Positions 20,354 through 32,340 of a stretch of 64,000 nucleotides of DNA are shown piece after piece (within the stretch, counting starts at the first letter, position 1; each line of letters begins with the position of its first letter). Origin of the DNA: an uncultured delta proteobacterium (GTDB lineage: Bacteria > Myxococcota > Myxococcia > Myxococcales > Myxococcaceae); the NCBI GenBank assembly GCA_963771175.1, contig CAVYSY010000051.1, positions 32,001 through 96,000 on the forward strand, read 5' to 3'. The position numbers were made by a program, and so were the translations under genes. The notes beneath the pieces were generated by a model. That model made no database searches. It saw only the letters and a program-made list of their open reading frames with translations, and was not told the origin of the DNA.

Positions 20354-21341
20354 ATGGCCGAGTTGATGTACCGCGAGGCGCTGAACCAGGCGCTCGCCGA
20401 GGAGATGGAGCGCGACGCCAATGTGTTCCTCATTGGTGAGGAAGTGGGTCGCTACCAGGGCGCCTTCAAGGTGTCGCAGGGACTGCTGGACCGGTTCGGG
20501 AGCGCGCGCATCATCGACGCGCCCATCTCCGAGCTGGGCTTCACCGGTCTGGGTGTCGGCGCGGCGATGGTGGGCCTGCGTCCGGTGGTGGAGATGATGA
20601 CCTGGAACTTCGCCATCCTGGCGATGGACCAGATCGTCAACAACGCGGCGAAGCTGCGGCACATGTCGGGCGGCCAGCTGCGCTGCCCCATCGTGTTCCG
20701 CGGCCCGGGCGGCGCGGGCGGCCGGCTCTCCAGCCAGCACAGCCAGGCGCTGGAGGCCAACTACGCCCACTTCCCGGGCCTGAAGGTGATTGCCCCGGCC
20801 ACGCCCGCGGACGCCAAGGGTCTGCTCAAGTCCGCCATCCGCGATGAGAACCCCGTCATCATGATCGAGGGCGAGCGCCTCTACGCCCTCAAGGGCGAGG
20901 TGCCCGAGGGCGAGCACATCGTCCCCATCGGCAAGGCGGACGTGAAGCGCGAGGGCACGGACGTCAGCATCATCACCTGGTCGCGCATGTACTACTTCTG
21001 CGAGGAGGCCGCGAAGCAGCTGGAGGCCGAGGGCATCTCCGGTGGAGATCCTCGACCTGCGCACGCTGCGCCCGCTGGACGAGGAGGCCATCCTGGCCAC
21101 CGTGCGCAAGACGAACCGCGCGGTCGTCGTGGAGGAGGGCTGGCCCCTGGCCGGCGTGGGCGCGCAGGTGGTGGACATCATCCAGTCCAAGGGCTTCGAC
21201 GACCTGGACGCCCCGGTGGTGCGCGTCACCGGCCTCGACGTGAACATGTCCTATGCGGCGAACCTGGAGAACGCGATCCAACCGGACGCGCCCAAGATCA
21301 TCGCCGCCGTGAAGAAGGTCCTCTACCGCGAGGGAGCCTGA
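20354..21341 (+). CDS. pdhB: Pyruvate dehydrogenase E1 beta (one frameshift near 21040)
   Basis: YREALNQAL, PISELGFTG, SSQHSQ, DLRTLRPLD. Confidence 0.95.
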
Positions 21342-21348
21342 GAACCGT

Positions 21349-22932
21349 ATGGCCACGCCCATCCAGATGCCTGCCCTCTCCCCGACGATGAAGGAGGGCA
21401 AGATCGTCAAGTGGCTCAAGAAGGAGGGCGACAAGGTCTCCTCTGGCGAGGCGATCGCCGAGTGCGAGACCGACAAGTCGAACCTCGAGATTGAGGCCTA
21501 TGACGACGGCTACCTGCTGAAGATCGTCGTCCCCGAAGGGGAGATGGCCACCGTCGGTGCGCCCATCGCCCTCATTGGCGAGAAGGGCGAGAAGGTCGAC
21601 GCCGGAGGCAAGGCCGCCGCGCCCGCCCCGAAGGCCGCCGCTCCCGCCGCTGCTCCGAAGCCCGCCGCGGCTCCGGCTCCCGCCGCTCAGCCCGCCGCCG
21701 CCGGTGGGGGAGAGGGCATCGCCGTGGTGATGCCCGCGCTCTCCCCGACGATGACGGAGGGCAAGCTCATCAAGTGGCTGAAGAAGGAGGGGGAGAAGGT
21801 CTCCTCCGGCCAGGCCATCGCCGAGGTGGAGACGGACAAGTCCAACCTCGAGGTGGAGGCCTACGACGACGGCGTGCTCGCGCGCATCGTGGTGCAGGAA
21901 GGCCAGATGGCGAAGGTGGGCGCGCCCATCGCGTTCCTGGCGGGGAAGGGTGGCGCCAAGGCGCCCCGCCGCTCCGGCGCCCGCCGCGGCTCCGGCTCCC
22001 AAGGCCGCCGCTCCCGCTCCCGTCGCGGCTCCCAAGGCGCCGCCGCTCCGGCCCCCGTGCCGGGTGGCCGGGTGCGCGCCAGCCCACTGGCGAAGCGCAT
22101 GGCCCGTGACCGTGGCCTGGACCTGTCCCAGGTGCGCGGCTCCGGCCCGCTCGGCCGCATCGTGAAGAGCGACATCGAGAAGGCGCTCACCCAGGCGCCT
22201 GCTCCGGCCATCGCGCGCAAGGTCCCCACCGCTCCGGTGGCTCCGGGCGTGCGTCCCGAGCCGAAGGCGGTGCCCATCTCCTCGATGCGCAAGGTCATCG
22301 GCCAGCGCATGGCGGAGGTGAAGCCCGGCGTGCCTCACTTCTACCTCTCGGTGGACGTGGAGATGGACGCCGCGCTGAAGATCCGCGAGGAGGCCAAGGC
22401 GCTCGAGTCCAAGGTCTCCGTCAACGACATCATCGTGAAGGCGGCGGCCATGGCACTGCGCCGCTCCCCGAAGATGAACGTGTCGCTGCAGGGTGACTCC
22501 ATCCTGCACTTCGAGACGGTGGACATCGGCATCGCGGTGGCCATCGAGGACGGCCTCATCACCCCCGTCATCCAGGACGCGGACCAGAAGGGGCTGTCGG
22601 CCATCTCCGCCGCCTCGCGCGACCTGGCCGAGCGGGCCCGCAAGCGCGCTCTCAAGCCGCACGAGTACTCCGGCGGCTCGCTGACGGTGTCCAACCTGGG
22701 CATGTACGGCATCGACGCGTTCATCGCCGTCATCAACCCGCCCCAGTCGGCCATCCTCGCGGTGGGCTCGGTCTCGGACAAGGTGGTGGTGCGCGACGGG
22801 CAGATGGTGGTGCGCAAGATGATGACGGTGACGCTCTCGGGCGACCACCGCGTCATCGACGGCGCCATCGGCGCCGAGTACCTCCGGGAGCTCAAGGCGC
22901 TGCTCGAGCACCCGATGCGGCTGCTGTTCTAG
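21349..22932 (+). CDS. pdhC: Dihydrolipoamide acetyltransferase E2 with two lipoyl domains
   Basis: Two MPALSPTM..ETDKS lipoyl domains, ASPLAKR binding domain, DHRVIDGA catalytic motif. Confidence 0.95.
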   Translation: MATPIQMPALSPTMKEGKIVKWLKKEGDKVSSGEAIAECETDKSNLEIEAYDDGYLLKIVVPEGEMATVGAPIALIGEKGEKVDAGGKAAAPAPKAAAPAAAPKPAAAPAPAAQPAAAGGGEGIAVVMPALSPTMTEGKLIKWLKKEGEKVSSGQAIAEVETDKSNLEVEAYDDGVLARIVVQEGQMAKVGAPIAFLAGKGGAKAPRRSGARRGSGSQGRRSRSRRGSQGAAAPAPVPGGRVRASPLAKRMARDRGLDLSQVRGSGPLGRIVKSDIEKALTQAPAPAIARKVPTAPVAPGVRPEPKAVPISSMRKVIGQRMAEVKPGVPHFYLSVDVEMDAALKIREEAKALESKVSVNDIIVKAAAMALRRSPKMNVSLQGDSILHFETVDIGIAVAIEDGLITPVIQDADQKGLSAISAASRDLAERARKRALKPHEYSGGSLTVSNLGMYGIDAFIAVINPPQSAILAVGSVSDKVVVRDGQMVVRKMMTVTLSGDHRVIDGAIGAEYLRELKALLEHPMRLLF

Positions 22933-23208
22933 TCACATCTTCGCCACGGTGGGCCGCCGTCCCGAGCGGCCACCGTGGCGATCTCCGGCCCGCGTCACTC
23001 GCGGGTCGGTTCCTTCTCGCCGTGCATCCTCGTGCTCCAGCCGGCGCTGGGCCTCGGTCACGCGGGCCTGTTCCTCGCGCTTCGTGCCCGTGGGCAGCTC
23101 CGTCTCGTGCTCCTCGGAGCGGCCCTTGATGCCGGGCCATGGTTCCGGGTGCGTGGCCTGCACGTGCTCGATGTGCTCGGCATAGCCGGGCTCCTTCTTC
23201 TTCGCCAT
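22933..23208 (-). CDS. Small hydrophilic hypothetical protein (91 aa)
   Basis: AGGAGG RBS before ATG; MAKKKEPGYAEHIEH... Confidence 0.6.
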   Translation of the reverse strand: MAKKKEPGYAEHIEHVQATHPEPWPGIKGRSEEHETELPTGTKREEQARVTEAQRRLEHEDARREGTDPRVTRAGDRHGGRSGRRPTVAKM

Positions 23209-23365
23209 GTCGTCCCTCCTCGCAGTGTGGGGGTGCTTGGATACGGTGGGGGTCCAGGTAGGAGACGGCCATGGGGCGCCACTTCGTTCGGCTCGTCCAC
23301 CTGCCCGTAGGACAAGTGAAGAAAAGGGCACGCAACTTATTCGTGAGCTGCTTAACTTTGCTCCG

Positions 23366-23680
23366 ATGAACGACGACGACATGAGGCGCACCCGGCTCGA
23401 AGAGGGGATGAAGGAGCTGGAGACCCGGATGGGGGAGCCCGCGCCGCTGGCACAGCCCCTCCAGGAGGCCCTGCTCGGGGCCGTGTTCCCTCTCTCCACG
23501 GAGCAGCTCGTCCTGCTCGCCCGGGAGAACGAGGCACCCCCCGTCGTCCTGTCCCTGTTGAGCAACCTGCCGAGCCGGCTGTTCGAGTCCCTGGATGCGG
23601 TGCAGCAAAAGCTGGAGGCCGAGCCCGGAGTTGGCGAGGAGACAGCCGAGCCCTCGGCGGCTCCCATGCAGGAGCGCTGA
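23366..23680 (+). CDS. DUF2795-like small protein
   Basis: LLGAVFPLSTEQLVLLARENEAP..LSNLP..FES pattern. Confidence 0.65.
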   Translation: MNDDDMRRTRLEEGMKELETRMGEPAPLAQPLQEALLGAVFPLSTEQLVLLARENEAPPVVLSLLSNLPSRLFESLDAVQQKLEAEPGVGEETAEPSAAPMQER

Positions 23681-23863
23681 GGGGGGTCCTACCCCGGGGC
23701 GATTGACGCCGAGCGTGTCGGAGTTCCCGGCGCGTGTGGGTGCTCGCCCGGGCTGAACACGGCCCATCGGGTTTTGCGCGTGACGTGGTATCTCTTGGGG
23801 TGTGGGCACAGTGGGTTGGAAGGGTGGGAGTGGGTTGGTCGGCCTGGCCCGGAGAGGAATTCC

Positions 23864-25024
23864 ATGAATCCGTCTGACCTCCCCGCCGTGCTCTACGTCG
23901 ACGACGACGCGCTCAACCTCAGGGTTTTCGAGGCCAACTTCGGCTCGAAGCTTCCGCATCTTCCGCTGCTCGACGCCGGCCGAGGCGCTGACGCTGTTGG
24001 AGCAGAGGCGCAGCGAGATTGGCGTCGTGCCTGTCGGACCAGCGCATGCCGGGCATGACGGGCGTGGAGCTGCTGGAGCGAGCGCGCACGCTGGCGCCGG
24101 ACGCCAAGCGCATGCTCGTCACGGCGTACTCGGACATGCAGGCCGTCATCGACGCGGTGAACCGCGGCCAGGTGAGCCGCTACTTCGTCAAGCCGTGGGA
24201 CCGCGCCGAGGTGCTGGCCGCGCTCGAGGACGGGCTGAGGATCGCCCGGCTGGAGCTGCGCATCCGCGAGGTGGAAGGGCGGATGATGAAGGCCGAGCGT
24301 CTGGCCACGCTGGGTCAGGTGACGGCCGGCATCGCGCACGAGCTGATGGGCCCGGTGGGCTACCTGTCGCAGAACGTGGCCTCGCTGCGGCGGGATCTCG
24401 AGTGCGTGGTGCAGTACGCCTCCAAGCACCTGGCGAATGATCCCTCCTGCGAGGTGGCGAGTGTGCTGGAGGATCTGCCGTCGCTGCTGCAGGACCTGGG
24501 CACGGGCGCGGATCACCTGCGCGGGGTGGCGCTGGGCCTGCGGGCGCAGGCGCGCGGCGAGGACATGGAGGCTTCGGCGGACGTGGCCGAGGTGGTGTCC
24601 TTCGCGGTGAAGCTGGCGCGCGCCGAGGTGCGCGATCGCGCTCGCATCACCACCATGGGCGAGCCGGTGAAGGTGACCTTCGGGCCGGTGAAGCTGTGCC
24701 AGGTGCTGCTCAACCTGATCGTCAACGCCGCGCAGGCCATGGAGGGCACGGGCCGGCCAGGCCGCATCGACGTGCGGTGGACGGCGCGAGAGCAGGAGGT
24801 GGTGCTCATCGTGGCGGACAACGGCTGCGGCATCCCCCAGGAGATGCAGGAGAAGGTGTTCCAGCCGCTCTTCACCACCAAGCCGGTGGGCATCGGCACG
24901 GGCCTCGGCCTGTCCATCTGCAAGGAGCTGGTGACGCAGGCGGGCGGCGGGGTGCAGGCTGTCGTCGAAGCAGGGTGAGGGCACCGAGGTGGAGCTCTCC
25001 CTCAAGCGAGTCCAGCTCCCCTGA
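23864..25024 (+). CDS. asgA: Hybrid receiver-histidine kinase, AsgA-like (frameshifted read)
   Basis: VLYVDDD, SDQRMPGMTG receiver; H-box AHEL, N-box NLIVNA, DNGCG, FTTK, GTGLGL; position after the pdh operon recalled from M. xanthus (not verified). Confidence 0.7.
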
Positions 25025-25605
25025 GGCCGAAGGCGTTGTGCAGGAGGCGCCACACGCGGAAGAGCGCCTCCTCTTCGCCCGCGCCGACGTCCTCCACCAG
25101 CACCGCGCGCCGGAGCTCTGCTCCTCCTCGTCCGGGCGCCACGCCACCACGAGCGCGTAGCGCCGCGGGCGCGCGCTCCACCATCTCCACCGCGCACACC
25201 TCGTCGAAGGGCACCCACTCCGTGCGGGTGGCGCCCGGCGCCCACCGGAGCTGCTCCACCCGCAGGCGCTCGGTGTGGAAGTGCAGCACGAAGCGGCGCC
25301 GGCCGAGCTGCCCCTCCAGCCGCAGCGCGAAGCCCACCAGGGCCGCCGCCAGCACGCCCATCCCCAGAGGAAGGGCGGGCAGTCGCTCGGTCCCGCTCCC
25401 CCACAGCACCACCCCCACCGCGCCCGCCGCGCACAGGGCCGCCAGCACCAGGCAGGCGCCCGGGAGCTGCCGCTGCCAGAAGGGCTGGGGGCAGGGACTC
25501 CCCCATCAGGCGGCCGGGCTCGTACCGCAGGCGTACATCGCCCAGCCGCCTCGGAGCGGGGTTTTCTTCCAGTGCATCCGCGAAGCTCGCCACGGGTCCC
25601 AGCAT
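25002..25605 (-). CDS. Hypothetical membrane protein (frameshifted read)
   Basis: Two TM segments followed by a small soluble domain; N-terminal part in another frame. Confidence 0.55.
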
Positions 25606-25660
25606 AGACACCGCACGGCCTCTCTCGAAGTCCGACGCGAGCTGTGCAATTCTCAAATGC

Positions 25661-26633
25661 ATGGATCTCCCCTTCGAGACGGAAGAGGGCGGTGGCGGGG
25701 GTGAGGAGGGTGGGGGAACGCTCGCCTCGACCGTCCTGGTGGTGGATGACGAGGCCGTGGTGCGGGACGTGTGCGCCCGGTTGCTGGCGCGCGAGCCGGA
25801 CCTGGTGGTGAGCCTCGCCGAGGACGCCGAGGAGGCGCTGGCGCTGCTCCGGGCCCAGCGCTTCGACGTGCTGATCACCGACAAGAACCTCCCGGGCATG
25901 GGGGGCGTGGAGCTCATCGCCGAGTCCCGCAAGCTGCAGCCGGCGCTGGAGGCGGTGATGATCACCGGCTACTCCAGCTCGGAGTCGGTGATCGCCGCCT
26001 TCGCGGCGGGCGCGAGCGACTACATCCTCAAGCCCTTCGAGGACCTGCGGCTGGTGCGGGCCAAGGTGCGGGCCGCCCTGGAGCGCCGGACGGAGCGGGT
26101 GAAGGGGCGCGAGCTGGCGCGGCGCATGGCGCGCGAGGCGGCCGAGCTGCTGGAGGCGGGTGGGCATGCCTCGGTGGAGGCGCGCCAGCAGTTGGAGGCC
26201 CACGTGCGCGCGTACGAGCACGCCAGCCGCATGGCCGCTGGCGGGCAGGTGGCGGTGGTGGGCAGCAACGAGGCGCTGGAGGCGCTGCTGGACGAGGGGC
26301 TCGAGGCGGTGGCGCTGCCCCCGGACTCCCCGGCGCTGGAGGGTGCGGCCGTGGTGGTGCTGGAGACGGGCGCGCCGCAGTGGTGGGAGATCGCCGAGCG
26401 CCTTCAGTCCGCCAAACCGGACGTGGTGCTGCTGGCCGGGCCCGCATGCGGACCTGGCGGACCTGCTGGATGCCATCACGCTGCGGCTGGAGCTGGTGGG
26501 CTTTGGCACCTCGTCGCCCCTGGCGCTGCCGGAGCGGGTGCGCATGCTGCTGATGCGCCGCAACCTCCAGCGGGCCCAGGCGGGGCTGGCCTCGGCGCTG
26601 GCGGCCTTCCGCGAGAGCCTCCAGCAGCGCTAG
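25661..26633 (+). CDS. Response regulator (N-terminal receiver; frameshift near 26445)
   Basis: VLVVDDE, ITDKNLPGMGG, ITGY, YILKPF. Confidence 0.85.
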
Positions 26634-26666
26634 GGAGGCAGGGCGCGGGAGCCCGCGAAAAGCGAA

Positions 26667-26696
26667 GCGCCCGCTTCCTTTGGGGGAAGCGGGCGC
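26667..26696. terminator. GC hairpin between the convergent response regulator and tRNA operon
   Basis: GCGCCCGCTTCC-loop-GGAAGCGGGCGC. Confidence 0.7.
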
Positions 26697-26701
26697 CTCA
26701 G

Positions 26702-26773
26702 TGACCCTGCCGGGATTCGAACCCGAGTTTGTGCCGTGAGAGGGCACCGTCCTAACCGCTAGACGACAGGGCC
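26702..26773 (-). tRNA. tRNA-Glu (CTC)
   Basis: GGCCCTGTCGTCTAGCGGTTAGGAC..GTGCC-CTCTCAC-GGCAC..GTTCGAATC..CAGGGTCA cloverleaf. Confidence 0.97.
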
Positions 26774-26823
26774 TGAAAACGGGGCGCCCACCTTCCCACG
26801 AAGGTGGGCGCCGTTGCTACGTG

Positions 26824-26895
26824 TGACCCTGCCGGGATTCGAACCCGAGTTTGTGCCGTGAGAGGGCACCGTCCTAACCGCTAGACGACAGGGCC
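26824..26895 (-). tRNA. tRNA-Glu (CTC), identical second copy
   Basis: Same sequence as 26702-26773. Confidence 0.97.
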
Positions 26896-26922
26896 GGTAG
26901 TGCTACGACCGGGTACAACGAG

Positions 26923-26993
26923 CTGGGGAACTAGGATTCGAACCTAGATAAGCAGAGTCAGAGTCTGCTGTCCTGCCGTTAGACGATTCCCCA
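26923..26993 (-). tRNA. tRNA-Gln (CTG)
   Basis: TGGGGAATCGTCTAACGGCAGGAC..GCAGA-CTCTGAC-TCTGC..GTTCGAATC..TTCCCCAG. Confidence 0.97.
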
Positions 26994-27066
26994 AGAACTG
27001 CTCTGACCGACGCTTGACTACCTCAACCGCCTGACCACTTCAACTACCTTTTTTCGAACCTCGGGG

Positions 27067-27489
27067 CTACCGCGACTTCTTCCCCGACTTCGGAACCGCA
27101 GGCTTCTTCGCCGGCTTGGACTGCACCGGTGCCGCCTGCAGGGGAACGACGTAGATACGAACCTCGTCGTTGGCCTGATAAATGTTCAAGCCCTCGAAAT
27201 TCTTCCCCGAGGGATTGATGATGTGGACCGCCTTCACGCCCGGCTGGTTGACGATCGCCCTCCGAGGAAAGGCACTCGTCGGGTAGACGGACTTGTAATA
27301 GTCGAGCGTCTTCTCGAAGTCCCCCGGCGCCCTGTACCGGTTCTCGCCCACCTTCTGCGAGCCATCCGGGAGCTGCGCCCCGCTCACCACCTCCGCCGAC
27401 GCCACCGACATCCAGAGGGCAACCACCGCCGCCCCGAACGGGCGCGGCTTATAGAAAAGGCCCTTCAGGCTGTCAAGCGCTCGTGTCAT
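27067..27489 (-). CDS. Small secreted hypothetical protein
   Basis: Signal-like N-terminus ending ASA; Lys/Pro-rich tail; start uncertain. Confidence 0.7.
   Translation of the reverse strand: MTRALDSLKGLFYKPRPFGAAVVALWMSVASAEVVSGAQLPDGSQKVGENRYRAPGDFEKTLDYYKSVYPTSAFPRRAIVNQPGVKAVHIINPSGKNFEGLNIYQANDEVRIYVVPLQAAPVQSKPAKKPAVPKSGKKSR
27448..27476 (-). promoter_or_regulatory. Sigma-70-type promoter with GC-rich discriminator
   Basis: TTGACA-17 nt-TATAAG followed by CCGCGCCC. Confidence 0.7.
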
Positions 27490-27554
27490 CGCGGAGGGAG
27501 AATAGGGCCCACGGTGGGAGGTGTCCACCCCAACCTATGGGCCCCGTGGTGTGC

Positions 27555-29031
<1,477 letters not shown>

Positions 29032-29104
29032 TCAACGAGCGGCCGAGTTCACTGCCCGGCGGCCCGGCCAATGCATTAAACTGCCGGGCATCGAGGGCTC
29101 TTGC

Positions 29105-29692
29105 ATGAAACTTCCCACCGCGCTCCGCGCACTCCTTTCGGCCGTTCTCCTGCTCTGCCTGCCGGCGGGTGCCACCACGATGCTGCGGGCGGACCTGCCG
29201 GAGCTCGCCCACTCGGCCGATTCCATCGTCCAGGGGACGGTGCGCCGGGTGGAAAGCCGGTGGAGTGGTGACGGCCGCCGAATCGTCACGGATGTGGAAA
29301 TCCAGGTCTCCGATACCCTCAAGGGGCAGGCGAGCGGCACGGTGGTCGTCACCCAGCCGGGGGGGCGCGTGGGGGATATCGGACAGGTGGTGAGCGGCCT
29401 GGCCTCCTTCACGAAGGGGGAGGAGGTGGTGCTCTTCCTCGAGCGCCGCGGGTCCAAGGCCTTCCGCGTCGCCGGCATGGCCCAGGGCAAGTACAAGGTG
29501 CAGCGCTCGGAGGATGGCACCCGCGCCCTGGCCGTGCCGGAGCCCACCGGGGACACGCTCCTGCTGGATCCGGACACCCGGCAGGCCACCACGTCGTCGG
29601 CTCGCACCGTGTCGCTCGCGGAGCTGAAGGCGTCCATCCGCACCGCGCTCCAGCAGCCGGCCCCCGTGCGCGCCCAGGAGAAACGGCCGTGA
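29105..29692 (+). CDS. Secreted hypothetical protein
   Basis: Signal peptide; ADSIVQGTV..IVT..PGGRVG..GEEVVLFL..GMAQGKY; coupled to the protease gene. Confidence 0.75.
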   Translation: MKLPTALRALLSAVLLLCLPAGATTMLRADLPELAHSADSIVQGTVRRVESRWSGDGRRIVTDVEIQVSDTLKGQASGTVVVTQPGGRVGDIGQVVSGLASFTKGEEVVLFLERRGSKAFRVAGMAQGKYKVQRSEDGTRALAVPEPTGDTLLLDPDTRQATTSSARTVSLAELKASIRTALQQPAPVRAQEKRP

Positions 29693-30615
29693 TACTCGCT
29701 CCGATGCTGGTCGTCGCCCTCGCCCTCGGGCAGAGCGATCCCTACGTCCGCAGCCGCGTGAGGGCGAACGACCCGAGCGCCCACTGTCTCTTCTGGACGG
29801 TGCCCTCCATCGACTGGCAGCTCAACCGCGCGGGCAATCCCAAGAGCACGGATGCCCAGAAGCAGAACGAGTTCACCGCCATCCGCGCCTCCTTCCAGAG
29901 CTGGCAGGACATCTTCGGCGCCTGCGGCAACCTCAACTTCCAGGAGGGGCCGCTCGTGGATGACCGCAAGGTGGGCTACGAGGTGAAGGGCGAAAACCGC
30001 AATCTCGTCCTCTTCCGCTCCCGGAATTGCACGAACGTGGCGCCCTCCGACGACGCGTGCTGGGACGAGGAGACGTGCGGCAACGAGTTCGACTGCTGGG
30101 ACGGGGACGCGCGCACCATCGCCCTCACGCTCACCACCTACGACGAGAAGTCCGGCATCATCTACGACTCGGACATCCAGCTCAACTCGGCCGGCTTCGT
30201 CTTCACCACCGTGAACAGCCCGCCCTATCCGACCTGCTCCCAGCCCGTCACCATCAACCCCAACAACTGCGTGGCCACCGACGTGCAGAACACCATGACG
30301 CACGAGATCGGCCACCTCATCGGGCTGGACCACACCCTGGCGGGCGGCTCCACCATGTACCCGCAGGCACCCCCGGGTGAGGTGTCCAAGCGCAGCATCG
30401 ACCAGGGCTCGCGCGACTTCGTGTGCGTGACGTACCCGAAGGGCCTGCCCAGCCAGAGCTGCGTCACTCCCTCGCTGAGCGCGAGCGGGAGTGTGGCGTC
30501 GCTGGGGCCCCAGGCCACGGGTTGCTCCAGCTCCGGCGCGGAGTCGTGGCTGCCCGCGCTGGCGGGCTGGGGCCTGCTCGCATGGCGCCGCCGTCGCGGA
30601 GGCTCTCGCCGGTGA
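29689..30615 (+). CDS. Matrixin-like metzincin protease with MYXO-CTERM tail
   Basis: HEIGHLIGLDH, STM Met-turn, GCSS..hydrophobic..RRRR tail. Confidence 0.88.
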   Translation: MILAPMLVVALALGQSDPYVRSRVRANDPSAHCLFWTVPSIDWQLNRAGNPKSTDAQKQNEFTAIRASFQSWQDIFGACGNLNFQEGPLVDDRKVGYEVKGENRNLVLFRSRNCTNVAPSDDACWDEETCGNEFDCWDGDARTIALTLTTYDEKSGIIYDSDIQLNSAGFVFTTVNSPPYPTCSQPVTINPNNCVATDVQNTMTHEIGHLIGLDHTLAGGSTMYPQAPPGEVSKRSIDQGSRDFVCVTYPKGLPSQSCVTPSLSASGSVASLGPQATGCSSSGAESWLPALAGWGLLAWRRRRGGSRR

Positions 30616-31580
30616 GGCACTCCCTGCCCTGGCTCGCGCTCGCCGCGCTCGCGCTCGCCGCTCCCGAGGCCCGGGCGCAGAAGTACCAGCGCACCCTCGT
30701 GCCCGGCCGGCCTTTCTGCGTCCTCTGGAACACCGGGGAGTTCGTGTACCGGCTGGACGCGGCTGGCAGCCGCCGCACGCCGGGAGACACCGAGTTCTCG
30801 GCCATCGAGGCCTCGTTCTCCTCCTGGCGCGCACTGTCCTCGACCTGCAGCGACTTCGTCTTCACCCGCGGCCCGGACATCCAGAATCCGAAGGTCGGGT
30901 ACGACAAGGAGAACAGGGACAACAACGAGAACGTCGTCACCTTCCGCGAGGCGGACTGCAACGACGTCGTCGAGCCGGAGGATCCGTGCATCGAGGCCGA
31001 CACCTGCTCCGATGTCTACGGCTGCTGGGACCACGGCGGCGCCACCATCGGGCTGACCACCACCACCTTCAGCTTCCGCACCGGCTACGTCCTCGACGCG
31101 GACATCGAGTTCAACGCCTCGGGCGGGGACGGGCGGGGCTTCCTCTTCACCACCGTCGATTCGCCGCCGTGTAGCGGGATGCCCTCCACGGACTGTGTCG
31201 CCACGGATCTCCAGAACACGGCGACCCATGAGATTGGCCACGTGGTGGGGCTGGACCATGTGGACGTGCCCGGCTCCACCATGGAGCCCACCGCGCCCCC
31301 CGGGGAGACCCACAAGCGCATCATCGACGTGGGCAGCGCCGCGGGCTTCTGCGATGCCTACCCCCGAGGCCTTCCGCCCACCCAGTGTGGCGAGTCCGCT
31401 GACACCGGCCGCCACTTCCAGGCGGTGAGTCGCGGCCCGGGGATGGCCGGCCTGGGCTGTGGTTCCGCTCCGGGAGCGCTCCTTCCCGCGGCGGCGCTCC
31501 TGGGACTCCTGTCCTTCCGGCGTCGGCGCGAGCGGGCGAGCAGGGGGAGCGGCCCCGCTCCTCGCGCTCCGCTCGGGTGA
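30612..31580 (+). CDS. Matrixin-like metzincin protease with MYXO-CTERM tail (paralog)
   Basis: Signal peptide, HEIGHVVGLDH, STM, GCGS..RRRR tail; GTGA overlap. Confidence 0.88.
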   Translation: MRHSLPWLALAALALAAPEARAQKYQRTLVPGRPFCVLWNTGEFVYRLDAAGSRRTPGDTEFSAIEASFSSWRALSSTCSDFVFTRGPDIQNPKVGYDKENRDNNENVVTFREADCNDVVEPEDPCIEADTCSDVYGCWDHGGATIGLTTTTFSFRTGYVLDADIEFNASGGDGRGFLFTTVDSPPCSGMPSTDCVATDLQNTATHEIGHVVGLDHVDVPGSTMEPTAPPGETHKRIIDVGSAAGFCDAYPRGLPPTQCGESADTGRHFQAVSRGPGMAGLGCGSAPGALLPAAALLGLLSFRRRRERASRGSGPAPRAPLG

Positions 31581-31591
31581 GGGAGGCGCTC

Positions 31592-32290
31592 ATGACCATC
31601 GCGTTCTTCGACCTGGACAAGACGCTGCTCGCGGTGAACTCGGGCGCCCTGTGGATCCGCCGCGAGCTCGAGCTGGGCCACATCACCCGGATGCAGGCGC
31701 TGCGCGCCAGCTACTGGCTCGCCCGCTACCACCTGGGCTTCGTCTCCATGCAGGACGCGCTGGTGCAGGCCATCTCCCACCTCCAGGGCACGGGCGAGCA
31801 GCACATGCGCGAGCGTACCGTCCGCTTCTACGAGGGGCATGTCCGCTCGCAGTTCCGGCCCGGGGCCCTGCGCGCCCTGGAGGAGCACCGCACGGCCGGG
31901 GACAAGCTCGTCCTGCTCACCTCGTCCTCGGACTACCTGTCCGAGCTGGTGGCGCGCGACCTGGGGCTGGACGCCATCCTCTGCAACCGTTTCGAGGTGG
32001 ATGCCTCGGGCATGCACACCGGTCGGCCCCTGGGCGAGGTGTGCTTCGGCGAGGGCAAGCGCTTCTACGCGCAGGCCTGCGCCTCCGAGGCCGGTGTCCC
32101 GTTGTCCGCGTGCGCCTTCTACACGGACTCGTACTCGGACCTGCCGGTGATGGAGGTGGTGGGTCGCCCCGTCGCCGTCCACCCGGATCGCCGCCTGCGG
32201 CGCGAGGCCCTGCGCCGCGGCTGGCCCGTGGTGGACTGGGGCGTGCCGAGCGGCGGGGGCTCCCCCGTGCTGGACCTCCCCTCCCAGTAG
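31592..32290 (+). CDS. HAD-IB (SerB-like) hydrolase
   Basis: FFDLDKTL, LTSS, GEGK, YTDSYSDLP. Confidence 0.88.
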   Translation: MTIAFFDLDKTLLAVNSGALWIRRELELGHITRMQALRASYWLARYHLGFVSMQDALVQAISHLQGTGEQHMRERTVRFYEGHVRSQFRPGALRALEEHRTAGDKLVLLTSSSDYLSELVARDLGLDAILCNRFEVDASGMHTGRPLGEVCFGEGKRFYAQACASEAGVPLSACAFYTDSYSDLPVMEVVGRPVAVHPDRRLRREALRRGWPVVDWGVPSGGGSPVLDLPSQ

Positions 32291-32340
32291 GGACGGAGCC
32301 TCTCACTCGTTGACGTCAACGAGTGGAGCGGCACGGGGGC

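Noticed and set aside
21960..22045. Arg/Ser/Gly-rich segment in PdhC (RRSGARRGSGSQGRR)
   Set aside because: The alternative frame reads the normal Ala/Pro linker; compensating indels explain it
26702..26895. tRNA-Glu duplication as attL/attR of an integrated element
   Set aside because: Both copies are full length, 50 bp apart, with no integrase
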